Positions 1-8,759 of a stretch of DNA of 22,155 bases are shown in pieces. Source of the DNA: Fidelibacterota bacterium (lineage in GTDB: Bacteria > Fidelibacterota > UBA2242); assembly GCA_049975265.1 (NCBI GenBank), contig JBNGDF010000032.1, positions 1 to 22,155 of the forward strand. The letters are read 5' to 3'. Below the pieces are notes generated by a model. That model had not been told where the DNA came from, ran no database searches, and saw only the letters and a list, made by a program, of their open reading frames with translations. The translations under genes and the position numbers were made by a program. The number at the start of each line of letters is the position of its first letter. Position 1 is the stretch's first letter.

Positions 1-441
1 ACTACTGGCTTTACATAGAAAATATGCCGTTAGTGTAATTTGAGGTTTTTAGAGGAGACTCATACATGAAATCTAAAAAATAAAGCAACTTAAATAGCTT
101 CGTCCTACCGACATTCCTTGTTTTTTTTACAGAAATGTTTTATCGCATTCAATACTTTTTGTTCAATAATGGTCACAACTAAAATTAGATTACAAATTTT
201 TTACATGCAAATATAATCAGAAATGCCTTATTTAGTAGAATTATCAGACATTCAAAATTCAAATAAATATCGAGCTCCGATCCATTCAAAATACAATTTA
301 AAGTAAATCCACATATATGCAATGAAAAAGATACATGGCGAAGGGCTAAGGGCAACGGTTTCCCGAAGGTCTTGGTTGATACTATCTCTTTTGATTCCCC
401 CCAACATTTTCTAAATTCTCCCAACAATCGGGGGAATCAAG

Positions 442-2112
442 ATGGCAAAGAAAATCAACCGCAGGGAATTCATCAAAGCCGGGACGCTGGCGGGACTCGG
501 TGTTGTGGTCGGCTGTTCCGTGAGAAACCGCTTCGATCTGATCATCCGCAACGGGCTGGTTATTGACGGCAGTTCGCCGGCGATCTATCCCGCCGATGTG
601 GGCATCAGACGAGATAAAATCATCACCATCGGGGATCTGGCAAATGCCGGTGCCGATCAGGTTATCGATGCCGCCAACCGGATCGTCTGCCCCGGTTTTA
701 TTGACATTCACACCCACACCGACACCGAACTGCTGGTCAATCCCCGGGGCGAGAGCAAAATCCGCCAGGGAGTCACCTCGGAGATCAGCGGCAACTGCGG
801 CTCCTCGCCCTTTCCGCTGAATGAAGAGGACAGCCGGGCTCTCTGCAATCGATTAAAAGAGCGCTACGGCATCTCCACCTCCTGGCAAACCGCCGCTGAA
901 TTTCTCGCCGCCATCGAAAAGGCAAAGCCCTCTCTCAATTACGCCACTTTCACCGGTCACGGCGATCTGCGCGCCTACGTCATCGGCAAAAACGACGTGC
1001 AGCCGACATCCGCTCAACTAGAGGAGATGAAACGCGTACTGGCAGAAACCATGGAAGCGGGCAGCCTGGGGCTCTCCACCGGTCTCGAATACGCCCCCGG
1101 CAGCTACGCCAAAACACCCGAACTGATCGAGCTCTGCAAGGTGGTCAAAGCATATGACGGCGTCTATGCCACCCATATGCGCAACGAGGACGATACCGTG
1201 GAAGAAGCCATTGAGGAGGCGCTGGAAATTTGCCGCCAATCCGGCGTCAACCTGGAAATCTCCCATCTGAAAGCCTGCAATCAGTCCAACTGGCACAAGG
1301 TTGACCACATGCTGGCGATGATCCAAACCGCTCACGATCAGGGTCTGCCGGTGCACGCCGATCGCTATCCCTACAATGCCTGGGGTACGGGACTATCGTC
1401 GTTTCTGCCGCTCTGGTCCCGGCAGGGCGATACGGAGGATATTCTGCAACGACTGCAGAATAATGCCGATTTACCGAAGATAAAAGCCTATACCGAGAGC
1501 CGGGGCAGGCGCATCGGCGGCTGGGACAGAGTGGTCATCAGCAACTGCCGCTCGGAAAAAAATAAACTCTACGAAGGTAAATCCATCCGGGATTGCGTCG
1601 CAATGACCGGCAAGGAGCCCTTCGAATTCATCCGCAACCTGTTAATTGAAGAGCGCACCAACGTCAGCGTAATCGGCTTTGCCATGGACGAAACCAACCT
1701 GAAAAAGGTACTTGCCTCGCCGCTGGTAATAATCGGCTCCGACGGCAGCGCCGTGGCGCCCTACGGAAAGCTGGGCGAAGGCAAGCCCCATCCCCGCTTC
1801 TACGGCACCTTTCCCCGAGTGCTGGGTAAGTACGCCCGGGACGAAAAGGTCTTCGATCTGATCACCGCCGTCCGCAAAATGACTAGCATGCCCGCTGACA
1901 AACTCGATCTGAAGCAGCGCGGCTATCTGCACAAAGATTACTTCGCCGATATCGTCATATTCAATCCCGAGACCGTGATTGATAACGCTACCTTCACCGA
2001 TCCGCACGAGTATCCCACCGGTATTGAATATGTCATTGTCAACGGCAAAGTGACCATTGCAAAGGGCGAACACACCGACGCTTTCGCCGGAAGGATTCTC
2101 CGGCATGGCTAA
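442..2112 (+). CDS. N-acyl-D-amino-acid deacylase (D-aminoacylase family amidohydrolase) with Tat/lipoprotein signal
   Basis: Motifs PGFIDIHTHTD, GNCG, YATHMRNE, ISHLK, GSDG, PHPRFYGTFPRVLG and ADIVIFNP are typical of the family. N-terminus has twin-Arg RREFIK, a hydrophobic stretch and VVGC. SD-like GGGGAA at 431-436. Confidence 0.9.
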   Translation: MAKKINRREFIKAGTLAGLGVVVGCSVRNRFDLIIRNGLVIDGSSPAIYPADVGIRRDKIITIGDLANAGADQVIDAANRIVCPGFIDIHTHTDTELLVNPRGESKIRQGVTSEISGNCGSSPFPLNEEDSRALCNRLKERYGISTSWQTAAEFLAAIEKAKPSLNYATFTGHGDLRAYVIGKNDVQPTSAQLEEMKRVLAETMEAGSLGLSTGLEYAPGSYAKTPELIELCKVVKAYDGVYATHMRNEDDTVEEAIEEALEICRQSGVNLEISHLKACNQSNWHKVDHMLAMIQTAHDQGLPVHADRYPYNAWGTGLSSFLPLWSRQGDTEDILQRLQNNADLPKIKAYTESRGRRIGGWDRVVISNCRSEKNKLYEGKSIRDCVAMTGKEPFEFIRNLLIEERTNVSVIGFAMDETNLKKVLASPLVIIGSDGSAVAPYGKLGEGKPHPRFYGTFPRVLGKYARDEKVFDLITAVRKMTSMPADKLDLKQRGYLHKDYFADIVIFNPETVIDNATFTDPHEYPTGIEYVIVNGKVTIAKGEHTDAFAGRILRHG

Positions 2113-3004
2113 TACACCGTATAAATTCTGGGTTCGGACCTTTCAGATCATCACCCTGTTGCTGTTGATTTTTCTGATTATCAGCACCTTCATTCCGCAA
2201 ATCAGTGAGTTTCCGCCCGGCGAATATCCCGGCGCCGCCAACCGTCTGATCCATATTCTGCATCTCAATCGCTTTTATGACTCCCCTATCAATGCCCTGC
2301 TTTGGGGAGTCTTATCTCTGAGTATCATTGCCGCTATCTTCCTGAAAGGAATTCGCTCACCGCTCCAGAAAATCCTGCACCTGCTGCTGGCGCTCTGCTT
2401 CATCGTCATTGCCATTGAAAAAAGCAGCAACCGGCGGTTTTTCATGACTCTCCGGGAGGGGGAGACGGTGCGTTTTTCGGAATTTACAAAATCGGCAACA
2501 GCCAAACATGACTGCAGGCTCCAGCTGTTACAGTTTGAAATTCAATATCACGAGAACAGGCGCACCCCCAGAGCCTTTATCAGTCACCTGCTGATCGACG
2601 AACGGGACACCGTGCGGCTGGCGGTCAATAAACCGCTGGCAATCGGTCATTACCGTCTATATCAGAATGCCTACGACCGGGAGATTCTGTTCTATCTGAG
2701 CATCAATGACCGGGAGTATGCCGTAGCGCCGGGCGATACGGTTTTTCACGGAGCCGTCGAATGCATCCTGGAAGACTTCGACCACGCCGAACGGGTTTTC
2801 AATCTGAAAGTTGACGGACAGTACTATCCTGTCGCGATGCTGAAACCGCTCAGGATTGGGGATTTGGAGCTTGTCATCAAACCCGGCAAAGCCGTTTACA
2901 GCAGCATCATCGAGGTGGCAGAGGTGCGCTGGACCAAACTGCTGCTGTTGCTTGCCCTTCTGTATATGGTCGTTCTGGCGCTTGCTTTCCGGCGGCGGAA
3001 ATAG
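2105..3004 (+). CDS. ccsB: Cytochrome c biogenesis protein CcsB/ResB-like (system II), compact form
   Basis: Three N-terminal hydrophobic segments with STFIPQ (cf. ResB GTxIPQ) and a His in TM3 (ILHLLL), the soluble-domain motif LAVNKPLAIGHYRLYQNAY (cf. VNxPLxxxGxxxYQxSY), and a C-terminal TM followed by RRRK. ATG 2105 overlaps the upstream stop and is preferred over the track start at 2057. Confidence 0.72.
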   Translation: MANTPYKFWVRTFQIITLLLLIFLIISTFIPQISEFPPGEYPGAANRLIHILHLNRFYDSPINALLWGVLSLSIIAAIFLKGIRSPLQKILHLLLALCFIVIAIEKSSNRRFFMTLREGETVRFSEFTKSATAKHDCRLQLLQFEIQYHENRRTPRAFISHLLIDERDTVRLAVNKPLAIGHYRLYQNAYDREILFYLSINDREYAVAPGDTVFHGAVECILEDFDHAERVFNLKVDGQYYPVAMLKPLRIGDLELVIKPGKAVYSSIIEVAEVRWTKLLLLLALLYMVVLALAFRRRK

Positions 3005-3010
3005 ACAGCT

Positions 3011-3790
3011 TCAGCCACCAAACATTTTCAGGAATTCCGGCAGGGTCAGAACCGGCAGGCGGTTTTTGCGGGCGCTATCCGCCTGTTCGGCATTATTATA
3101 TCCCCAGCCCGCCAGATAGAGATTGACGCCGGTAGCCTGCGCCCGGATCAGCGTGTCCACCTGATCGTCAATAAAGTGAAAATGCGCCGTTGATACCTGC
3201 TTTTCCGCCAGCAGCCGGGCAATAATCTGCGACTTGCTGATATTCTGATCGGCAGAGTGGATATTGCCCGGTGGAAATTTCACCCCGTTGCCCCGAAAAA
3301 TGGCTTCCACATTCTCTCGGAGTTTCGTAGTAATGATATACAACCGCTCACGCGGCTGATAATTTTCTACGAACTCCCGCATGCCCGGATAAAAGGGATT
3401 CAGCGCCAGCCAGTTCTGCGGTTCGTCCCGCCAAAACCGGGCGCGTTCGTCATAAAATATCCGCCGGAATTCTTGCTCCAGCGCGTGGTTCGCTTCCAGA
3501 AATGCATCAAAATCTCCCTGGTTGGTGATTGCCGCATCCTGCTGCAGGGCATAATGGATGAAGACGTAATCCTGTCCGTAGCGGATGAAATTCCGAATCC
3601 GCCGCGCTTCCCGGACAGTTGCCGGTGGTAATTCTGTCAGATACCGAATCCGCTCCTCCCGCTCCTGCTGAATCGCCAGGGCATTGTAACCCACCACCAG
3701 GCATTCTGCGATACTGTCCACCACCACGCCGTCGAAGTCCAGCGCAAGAAGATCGGTCTGGGGGGTAAATTTTTTCAATAACTGATTCAT
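3011..3790 (-). CDS. HAD-superfamily hydrolase
   Basis: Motif I LDFDGVVVDS, motif II IITTK, motif III K (ISKS), motif IV FIDDQ, and a C-terminal AGWGYN. Confidence 0.85.
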   Translation of the reverse strand: MNQLLKKFTPQTDLLALDFDGVVVDSIAECLVVGYNALAIQQEREERIRYLTELPPATVREARRIRNFIRYGQDYVFIHYALQQDAAITNQGDFDAFLEANHALEQEFRRIFYDERARFWRDEPQNWLALNPFYPGMREFVENYQPRERLYIITTKLRENVEAIFRGNGVKFPPGNIHSADQNISKSQIIARLLAEKQVSTAHFHFIDDQVDTLIRAQATGVNLYLAGWGYNNAEQADSARKNRLPVLTLPEFLKMFGG

Positions 3791-3799
3791 AGGTGTGGT

Positions 3800-3828
3800 A
3801 TTTTACATGTCTGAGGTAAAAAATTCAA
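3800..3828 (-). promoter_or_regulatory. Putative sigma70 promoter of the HAD gene
   Basis: Minus strand TTGAAT (3828-3823) - 17 nt - TAAAAT (3805-3800), ending 9 nt before ATG 3790. Confidence 0.55.
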
Positions 3829-3949
3829 TAACTTCCCGCGGCTCACGGATTCTCCCAAAAATACTTGATTTATTGACATCCTATCCAATAGATTTTCAGA
3901 AGTTTCTTTAAAGAACGACCGGAGTTAATCAAGATTCAGGAGGAAAGTT

Positions 3950-4537
3950 TTGAAAATATCCGCAGTCGGTTTACTTATTTCGAGTACGGCAATAATCATT
4001 CCCACCATCGTTTTTTCAGCGTCTGAACCGGAAGAGGATAGTGGGTCCATCTATCAGCATTAGGTAGACACAAGTCCACTGTCCCCTTTACTGCAGCTTG
4101 CCGGGGCAGGTATTTGGGGAATTCATTATAACTATCATTTCACACCGGTGGATGAGGCGATTATCGGGCTTGGCTATATGAACATTCATTTCGATTTTGG
4201 TCATACCAATTCGCCGGCACTGATACTCGGATACAGACGGTATTTATGGAAAAATTTGCATATTGAATATCAAATCTGGCCCTGCTACGATGAATTCTAT
4301 GAGAAAAATGAACAAAAATACTACAAAAGCTTCGATCTGTGGAATGAATTTCGCGTGGGTTATCAGTTCAATTTCGAGGTGAAAAATATACCCCTTTACA
4401 CCTCTTTTCAATGGCCTTTCGGATTCGGGCTCTACGCCGGCAATAAACCCGCCAGTTTCAGGGCACATGAAAAGGAGGCGTTCGAAAACAGATTTTTTTA
4501 CCAATTCCCGCTGCTGTTTGTCGGGGTAAAATTCTAA
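3950..4537 (+). pseudogene. Exported/outer-membrane beta-barrel-like protein interrupted by an in-frame TAG (4061-4063)
   Basis: SD AGGAGG at 3938-3943 and TTG at 3950 give the signal-peptide-like MKISAVGLLISSTAIIIPTIVFSA. TAG falls at codon 38, and the same frame continues into the track ORF 4148-4537, which is aromatic-rich with alternating strands and ends in Phe (FVGVKF). Confidence 0.7.
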
Positions 4538-4558
4538 CATATCTAAAAGGAGAACGAT

Positions 4559-5443
4559 TTGAACCGGAAAACGACTGTCACAATCCTCGTTGCACTTATC
4601 ATCCTGACCGGAGCACTTGCAAGCGCCTGCGGAATCTTTTCAAAAGACGGTCCCGGACCATTCCGGTATCAATCCATTCGCGGACAGACGGTGGATATTT
4701 ACGGTCAGGGAATCTACCGGCATATGCCGGCGGATGTGGCGATCCAGGGAATCGCCCAGGATTTTATCACCCTTTTTATCGGCATTCCACTTTTACTGAT
4801 AACATTACCGGGATATCGTAAAAAATCCGCGCGGGCTCACTTTTTATTGAGCGGCACGTTGGGATATTTTCTGGTCACCTATCTGTTCTATACCGCAATG
4901 GCAATGTATAATATCCTGTTTTTAGCCTATGCGGCGCTTCTGGGATTATCCTTTTTCGCTCTGTTCCTGACGCTAAAGGAGTTCGATCCCGCCTCAGTCT
5001 CTCAGTATTTTTCTCACAAGGCGCCCGTAAAATTTACCGGCGGCTTTTTGATCTTTAATTCCATTATCATCGCATTGCTATGGCTGAGTGTGGTTCTGCC
5101 ACCCCTGCTTAACGGCACAATTTACCCGGATGACCTGTACCATTTTACGACATTAATTGTCCAGGGCTTCGATCTTGGCTTGTTATTGCCGATCTCTTTT
5201 ATTGTCGGGCTGTTGCTGATGAAGAACAGAGCGACAGGATATCTGTTCGGAACGCCCTATATCATCTTCCTATCGATATTAATGATGGCACTAACCGCAA
5301 AAATTATTGCCATGGCTGTCAACGGGGTGAATGTTGTCCCGGCGGTTTTTATCATACCGGTAATCAATCTGGTCACGATAGGATGTGCGTTTTTAATGGT
5401 CAGAGAAATCCGGTCCCCGCAAGAAAGCACCGCGCCTGCGTAA
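4559..5443 (+). CDS. Polytopic integral membrane protein of unknown function
   Basis: 294 aa with about 8 hydrophobic segments. SD AGGAG at 4548-4552 precedes a TTG start. Lies 21 nt after the upstream gene, so probably co-transcribed. Confidence 0.8.
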   Translation: MNRKTTVTILVALIILTGALASACGIFSKDGPGPFRYQSIRGQTVDIYGQGIYRHMPADVAIQGIAQDFITLFIGIPLLLITLPGYRKKSARAHFLLSGTLGYFLVTYLFYTAMAMYNILFLAYAALLGLSFFALFLTLKEFDPASVSQYFSHKAPVKFTGGFLIFNSIIIALLWLSVVLPPLLNGTIYPDDLYHFTTLIVQGFDLGLLLPISFIVGLLLMKNRATGYLFGTPYIIFLSILMMALTAKIIAMAVNGVNVVPAVFIIPVINLVTIGCAFLMVREIRSPQESTAPA

Positions 5444-5488
5444 TCAGAGCCGCACCGGTTTGCAGGTGGTTTGACTCTCTGGTTTTTA

Positions 5489-6916
5489 TCATTTTCGTTT
5501 AATCCCGGGACGCTTTAATTTGACGTTCAGCTGATCTTCGGCTAATGTCACCAGCCGGTCCGAGACCTCCTGATGCCGGCGGATCAGCACCGGCTCATCC
5601 AGGTTGCGAACCCGACCGTTTTTCACGACGATTTTACCATTTACGATGACCCAATCCACCGGACTCAGGGCGGCACAGAAGACAAGCGCCGCCGCCGGAT
5701 CATGCTGCGCTCCGGCGTATTCAACCCGATCCAGGGAAATCATGGTAAGATCGGCGCACTTCCCGGTGGCAATCTGCCCGATATCGTTGCGCCCCAGAGC
5801 CAACGCTCCGCCCACCGTCGCCATCCACAAAACCTCCTCAGCGCCCAGCCAGTATTGCGGTTCCCTCAGGCGGCTGATCAGCAGGGCGTTACGCATCTCC
5901 AGGAGCATATTGGACGAGTCGTTGGAGGCGGAGCCGTCCACACCGAGACCGACCTTCACACCAGCCTCCAGCAGCTCCTTAATCCGGGCGATACCGGAGC
6001 CCAGGCGCATATTCGACGACGGACAGTGGGCAACACCGATGCGGGCGGCGCCCGCCCGGCGGATTTCCTCATCATTCAGGTAAATACAGTGGGCGAACCA
6101 GGCATTTTCCCGAATCCAGTCCAGGTCCTGCATGAATTGAAAAGGGCGGCTGTTGAATGTCGCAAGGCAGAAATTCTCCTCGTCCAGGGTTTCCGCCAGA
6201 TGGGTGTGAATCTGCAGCCCGTATTTTTCAGCTAGGCGCACGGTTGCGCGCATGGACGCCTGCGTCACCGAAAAGGGCGAGCAGGGCGCCAGTGCAATGC
6301 GCAGCATGGCGCCGAAAGAGGGATCGTGGTATTCATCAACAAGTCGCTCGATGTCGGCATAAATGACCTCTTCCGACTGAATAATATCGTCCGGCGGCAG
6401 ACCGCCGTCCTTTTTACCCAGGGACATGGAACCGCGGGTGGGCTGAAAACGCATGCCTAGCTCTTTGGCAGCCGTAATCTCCCGATCAATCAGTGTGGGT
6501 TCAGCCTTTTGCGGAAAGAGATAAAGGTGGTCGCTGGTGGTGGTGCAGCCGGATTTCAGCAATTCGGTCATGGCTGTTTTGGCGCTGATATAAAACGCTT
6601 CGCCGCTGATGCCGCGCCAGATTTCGTAGTTGACGGTCAACCATTCAAAAAGCCCCGATTTTTGAGTGGCATAAATATTCCGTGTCAGGGACTGAAAGAA
6701 GTGGTGGTGGGTATTTACAAAACCGGGCAAAACCACCATGCGGGAGGCATCAATAATCTCGTCAGCGGCGCCCTGAAAGGGTTGCGGACCAGCCGAACGA
6801 ATCTGATTGTCTTCAATATAGATATGTCCGCCGGAAAAGGCGTCCAGCAGATTGTCGTCGTGGACATCTGTTTTCATGCGACAGCAGAGCAGCGGATTTT
6901 TTATTAGAATTGACAT
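5489..6916 (-). CDS. 8-oxoguanine deaminase-like amidohydrolase
   Basis: Motifs PGFVNTHHHFFQSLTR, TTTSDHLY, TRGSMS, APCSPFS, HTHLAET, AHCPSSNMRLGSG and GVDGSASND. Start is ATG 6916 or TTG 6919. Confidence 0.85.
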   Translation of the reverse strand: MSILIKNPLLCCRMKTDVHDDNLLDAFSGGHIYIEDNQIRSAGPQPFQGAADEIIDASRMVVLPGFVNTHHHFFQSLTRNIYATQKSGLFEWLTVNYEIWRGISGEAFYISAKTAMTELLKSGCTTTSDHLYLFPQKAEPTLIDREITAAKELGMRFQPTRGSMSLGKKDGGLPPDDIIQSEEVIYADIERLVDEYHDPSFGAMLRIALAPCSPFSVTQASMRATVRLAEKYGLQIHTHLAETLDEENFCLATFNSRPFQFMQDLDWIRENAWFAHCIYLNDEEIRRAGAARIGVAHCPSSNMRLGSGIARIKELLEAGVKVGLGVDGSASNDSSNMLLEMRNALLISRLREPQYWLGAEEVLWMATVGGALALGRNDIGQIATGKCADLTMISLDRVEYAGAQHDPAAALVFCAALSPVDWVIVNGKIVVKNGRVRNLDEPVLIRRHQEVSDRLVTLAEDQLNVKLKRPGIKRK

Positions 6917-7007
6917 CAACAGACCTTTTTGATTAAGATTTCATCAAGCCGGTTCGCCGGCATCTGATCGGGTGAGTAAGGGCGATTGGATTGATTCATA
7001 ACGACCA

Positions 7008-7036
7008 AATATTCACTGAATTTCCGTAAATGTCAA
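7008..7036 (-). promoter_or_regulatory. Putative sigma70 promoter of the deaminase gene
   Basis: Minus strand TTGACA (7036-7031) - 17 nt - AATATT (7013-7008). Confidence 0.5.
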
Positions 7037-7068
7037 GCCGTCAGGACGGTTCCGGGATAAAATCCGGC

Positions 7069-7097
7069 TTGTACCCGAACCGGCTTTTTCATATATT
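7069..7097 (+). promoter_or_regulatory. Putative sigma70 promoter of ccsA
   Basis: TTGTAC (7069-7074) - 17 nt - TATATT (7092-7097). The -10 hexamer is the same as at the argR promoter. Confidence 0.55.
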
Positions 7098-7130
7098 CTA
7101 TTGGCAAACAGTCTGAAAGGAGCCCGGACT

Positions 7131-7883
7131 TTGGAAATAACTCTCTTGATTATTGCCCTGGTTGTCTACGGAATTTCCCTCCTTTTGTATCTCCTGCAGA
7201 AATCTCGCCCGGCTTATCTGCTGCTGCTGGCGGCGTTGGCTCTTCATTTCGGCGGGCTGGTGGCGCGCTCGGTAATCGCCCGGCATCCGCCCTTTACCAA
7301 TATGTACGAAACCTTTGTCCTGTTGCCATTTTTAGTCGGTTTGCGGACGGTGTTTTGGAAAGTGCAATTCAATGACCGTTTCCGCAAAATCCTCATCGGC
7401 GCTATAATGGTCATCCTCCTAATTGCCCTTATATTGCCGCGGTCAATGAAGATTCCGAAGCCGCTGATGCCGGCGCTGAACAGCGTCTGGATGTACATTC
7501 ATGTCCCGGCGTATTTCTTCGGCTACATGGCGATGATCATTGCCGCCGGTTATGCACTGCTGATTCTGCTGAAAAAGGAAGCAGTGGTGCCGGAAAACAT
7601 CGTCCGGCAGATGGACAACGAGGTTAAAATCGCCTTTTTCTTTCTGACGGTCGGCTTGATCACCGGCGGTATCTGGGCGTATGTCAGCTGGGGAAATTAC
7701 TGGGCCTGGGACCCCAAGGAGACCTGGGCGCTGATCAATATTCTGGTGCTCGCCTTCTACTTTCACCTGAATGTCGCCACCAAACAGAAAAAAGCGGTGG
7801 TCGTGGTGATTGCGCTGCTCTCCATCGCCTTTACATATTGGGGTGTCAGTTTCATCCTGTCGGGATTGCATAGCTATGCGTAA
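7131..7883 (+). CDS. ccsA: Cytochrome c biogenesis protein CcsA/ResC (system II heme delivery and ligation)
   Basis: WWD motif WAYVSWGNYWAWDPKETW, HPPFTNMYE, PALNSVWMYIHVP and C-terminal GLHSYA, with multiple TMs. TTG 7131 follows SD AGGAG (7118-7122) and is preferred over 7101. Confidence 0.93.
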   Translation: MEITLLIIALVVYGISLLLYLLQKSRPAYLLLLAALALHFGGLVARSVIARHPPFTNMYETFVLLPFLVGLRTVFWKVQFNDRFRKILIGAIMVILLIALILPRSMKIPKPLMPALNSVWMYIHVPAYFFGYMAMIIAAGYALLILLKKEAVVPENIVRQMDNEVKIAFFFLTVGLITGGIWAYVSWGNYWAWDPKETWALINILVLAFYFHLNVATKQKKAVVVVIALLSIAFTYWGVSFILSGLHSYA

Positions 7884-8048
7884 AATCCATTTCACAAATC
7901 CGTTTTTACTAACACATTCTGTTTGATTTGGAAATAAATAATTTTTAATGTTAAATTGAAATTAGGATATGAAATAAAATCTTGAATATGGAAGAGAAAT
8001 CTTGTTGAAAAATGTAACATCGCTAATGATCAAAAATGAAAAAAAGAT

Positions 8049-8525
8049 ATGGACCAGTTAATACTTTTTAATAAGGATAAAACGAGTTTTTTTACGATAA
8101 AAGAGGCTAGTGTCTGGGCATCTAATTATTTGAATCGAAAGGTAACGACTTCTAATATATCTTATTTAATCCAATACGGAAGAATTAACAAATATGGAGC
8201 AAACGGAAATGTATTGATTAAAAAAGAGGATCTAAAAAATTATTATGACTCATTAGACAACGGTAAAAAGTACCTGAAGAAATTCGGAGATGATCTTAAC
8301 TGGCATTTGTCTTTTTCAGAATATAAGGAATCAGAAAGAACCAAACACGTTCACAGACTCCATCCTTATAAAGGTAAATTTATTCCCCAACTTGTCGAAT
8401 ATTTTCTCGATACTCATACAGATGAATATAAAAAAGATGTTTACTTTAATAAAGGTGATATCGTACTGGATCCGTTTTGCGGAAGCGGTACTACGTTAGT
8501 ACAAGCAAATGAATTGAATTATTGA
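8049..8525 (+). pseudogene. Truncated amino-type (N4-C/N6-A) DNA methyltransferase with N-terminal HTH-like region
   Basis: HRLHPYKGKFIPQLV and SAM-binding motif I VLDPFCGSGTTLV. The ORF stops about 7 codons later, with no catalytic (S/D/N)PPY motif and no continuation in other frames. Confidence 0.75.
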
Positions 8526-8548
8526 TTTTTACATGAGGATAAAGTACA

Positions 8549-8749
8549 ATGAAGACTTTTAAAATATCTTTAGTTAGAAATTATATTATTGACATAGAAG
8601 CAAAAAATGCAAAGGATGCAAAAATATACGCTGAATATTATCTAGGTGATTGTCCTGACCTTTCAAGCAAGAGAGATCGCATAGATAAAAACTTTAACAT
8701 ATTTAATATTAAATCGATCTATAATGAGGCAAGTGAAATTATAGATTGA
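8549..8749 (+). CDS. Small hypothetical protein (66 aa) in the AT-rich island
   Basis: SD GAGG at 8535-8538, tightly packed between neighbours on the same strand. Confidence 0.65.
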   Translation: MKTFKISLVRNYIIDIEAKNAKDAKIYAEYYLGDCPDLSSKRDRIDKNFNIFNIKSIYNEASEIID

Positions 8750-8759
8750 TAGGTATGAT

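Noticed and set aside
53..183. AGGAG followed by ATG 66, giving MKSKK* and a short downstream open stretch
   Set aside because: Too short and featureless in AT-rich DNA to call a leader peptide or pseudogene. Upstream context is cut off by the window edge.
337..376. GC-richer patch (GGCGAAGGGCTAAGGGCAACGGTTTCCCGAAGG) considered as a c-di-GMP or other riboswitch
   Set aside because: I could not fit it to a known aptamer consensus on either strand.
185..427. 80-aa minus-strand ORF
   Set aside because: No SD or recognisable domain, and it lies in an AT-rich intergenic region.
4061..4063. Genome-wide TAG reassignment (alternative genetic code)
   Set aside because: ccsB and argR end in TAG at the expected positions, and no other gene needs readthrough.
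5444..5488. Possible terminators between convergent genes (also 12374-12471)
   Set aside because: Only short, imperfect stems, not strong enough to call.
7117..7129. 13-mer AAGGAGCCCGGAC also present at 19271-19283
   Set aside because: Only two copies, in different functional orientations and partly explained by SD-like sequence. Compatible with chance.
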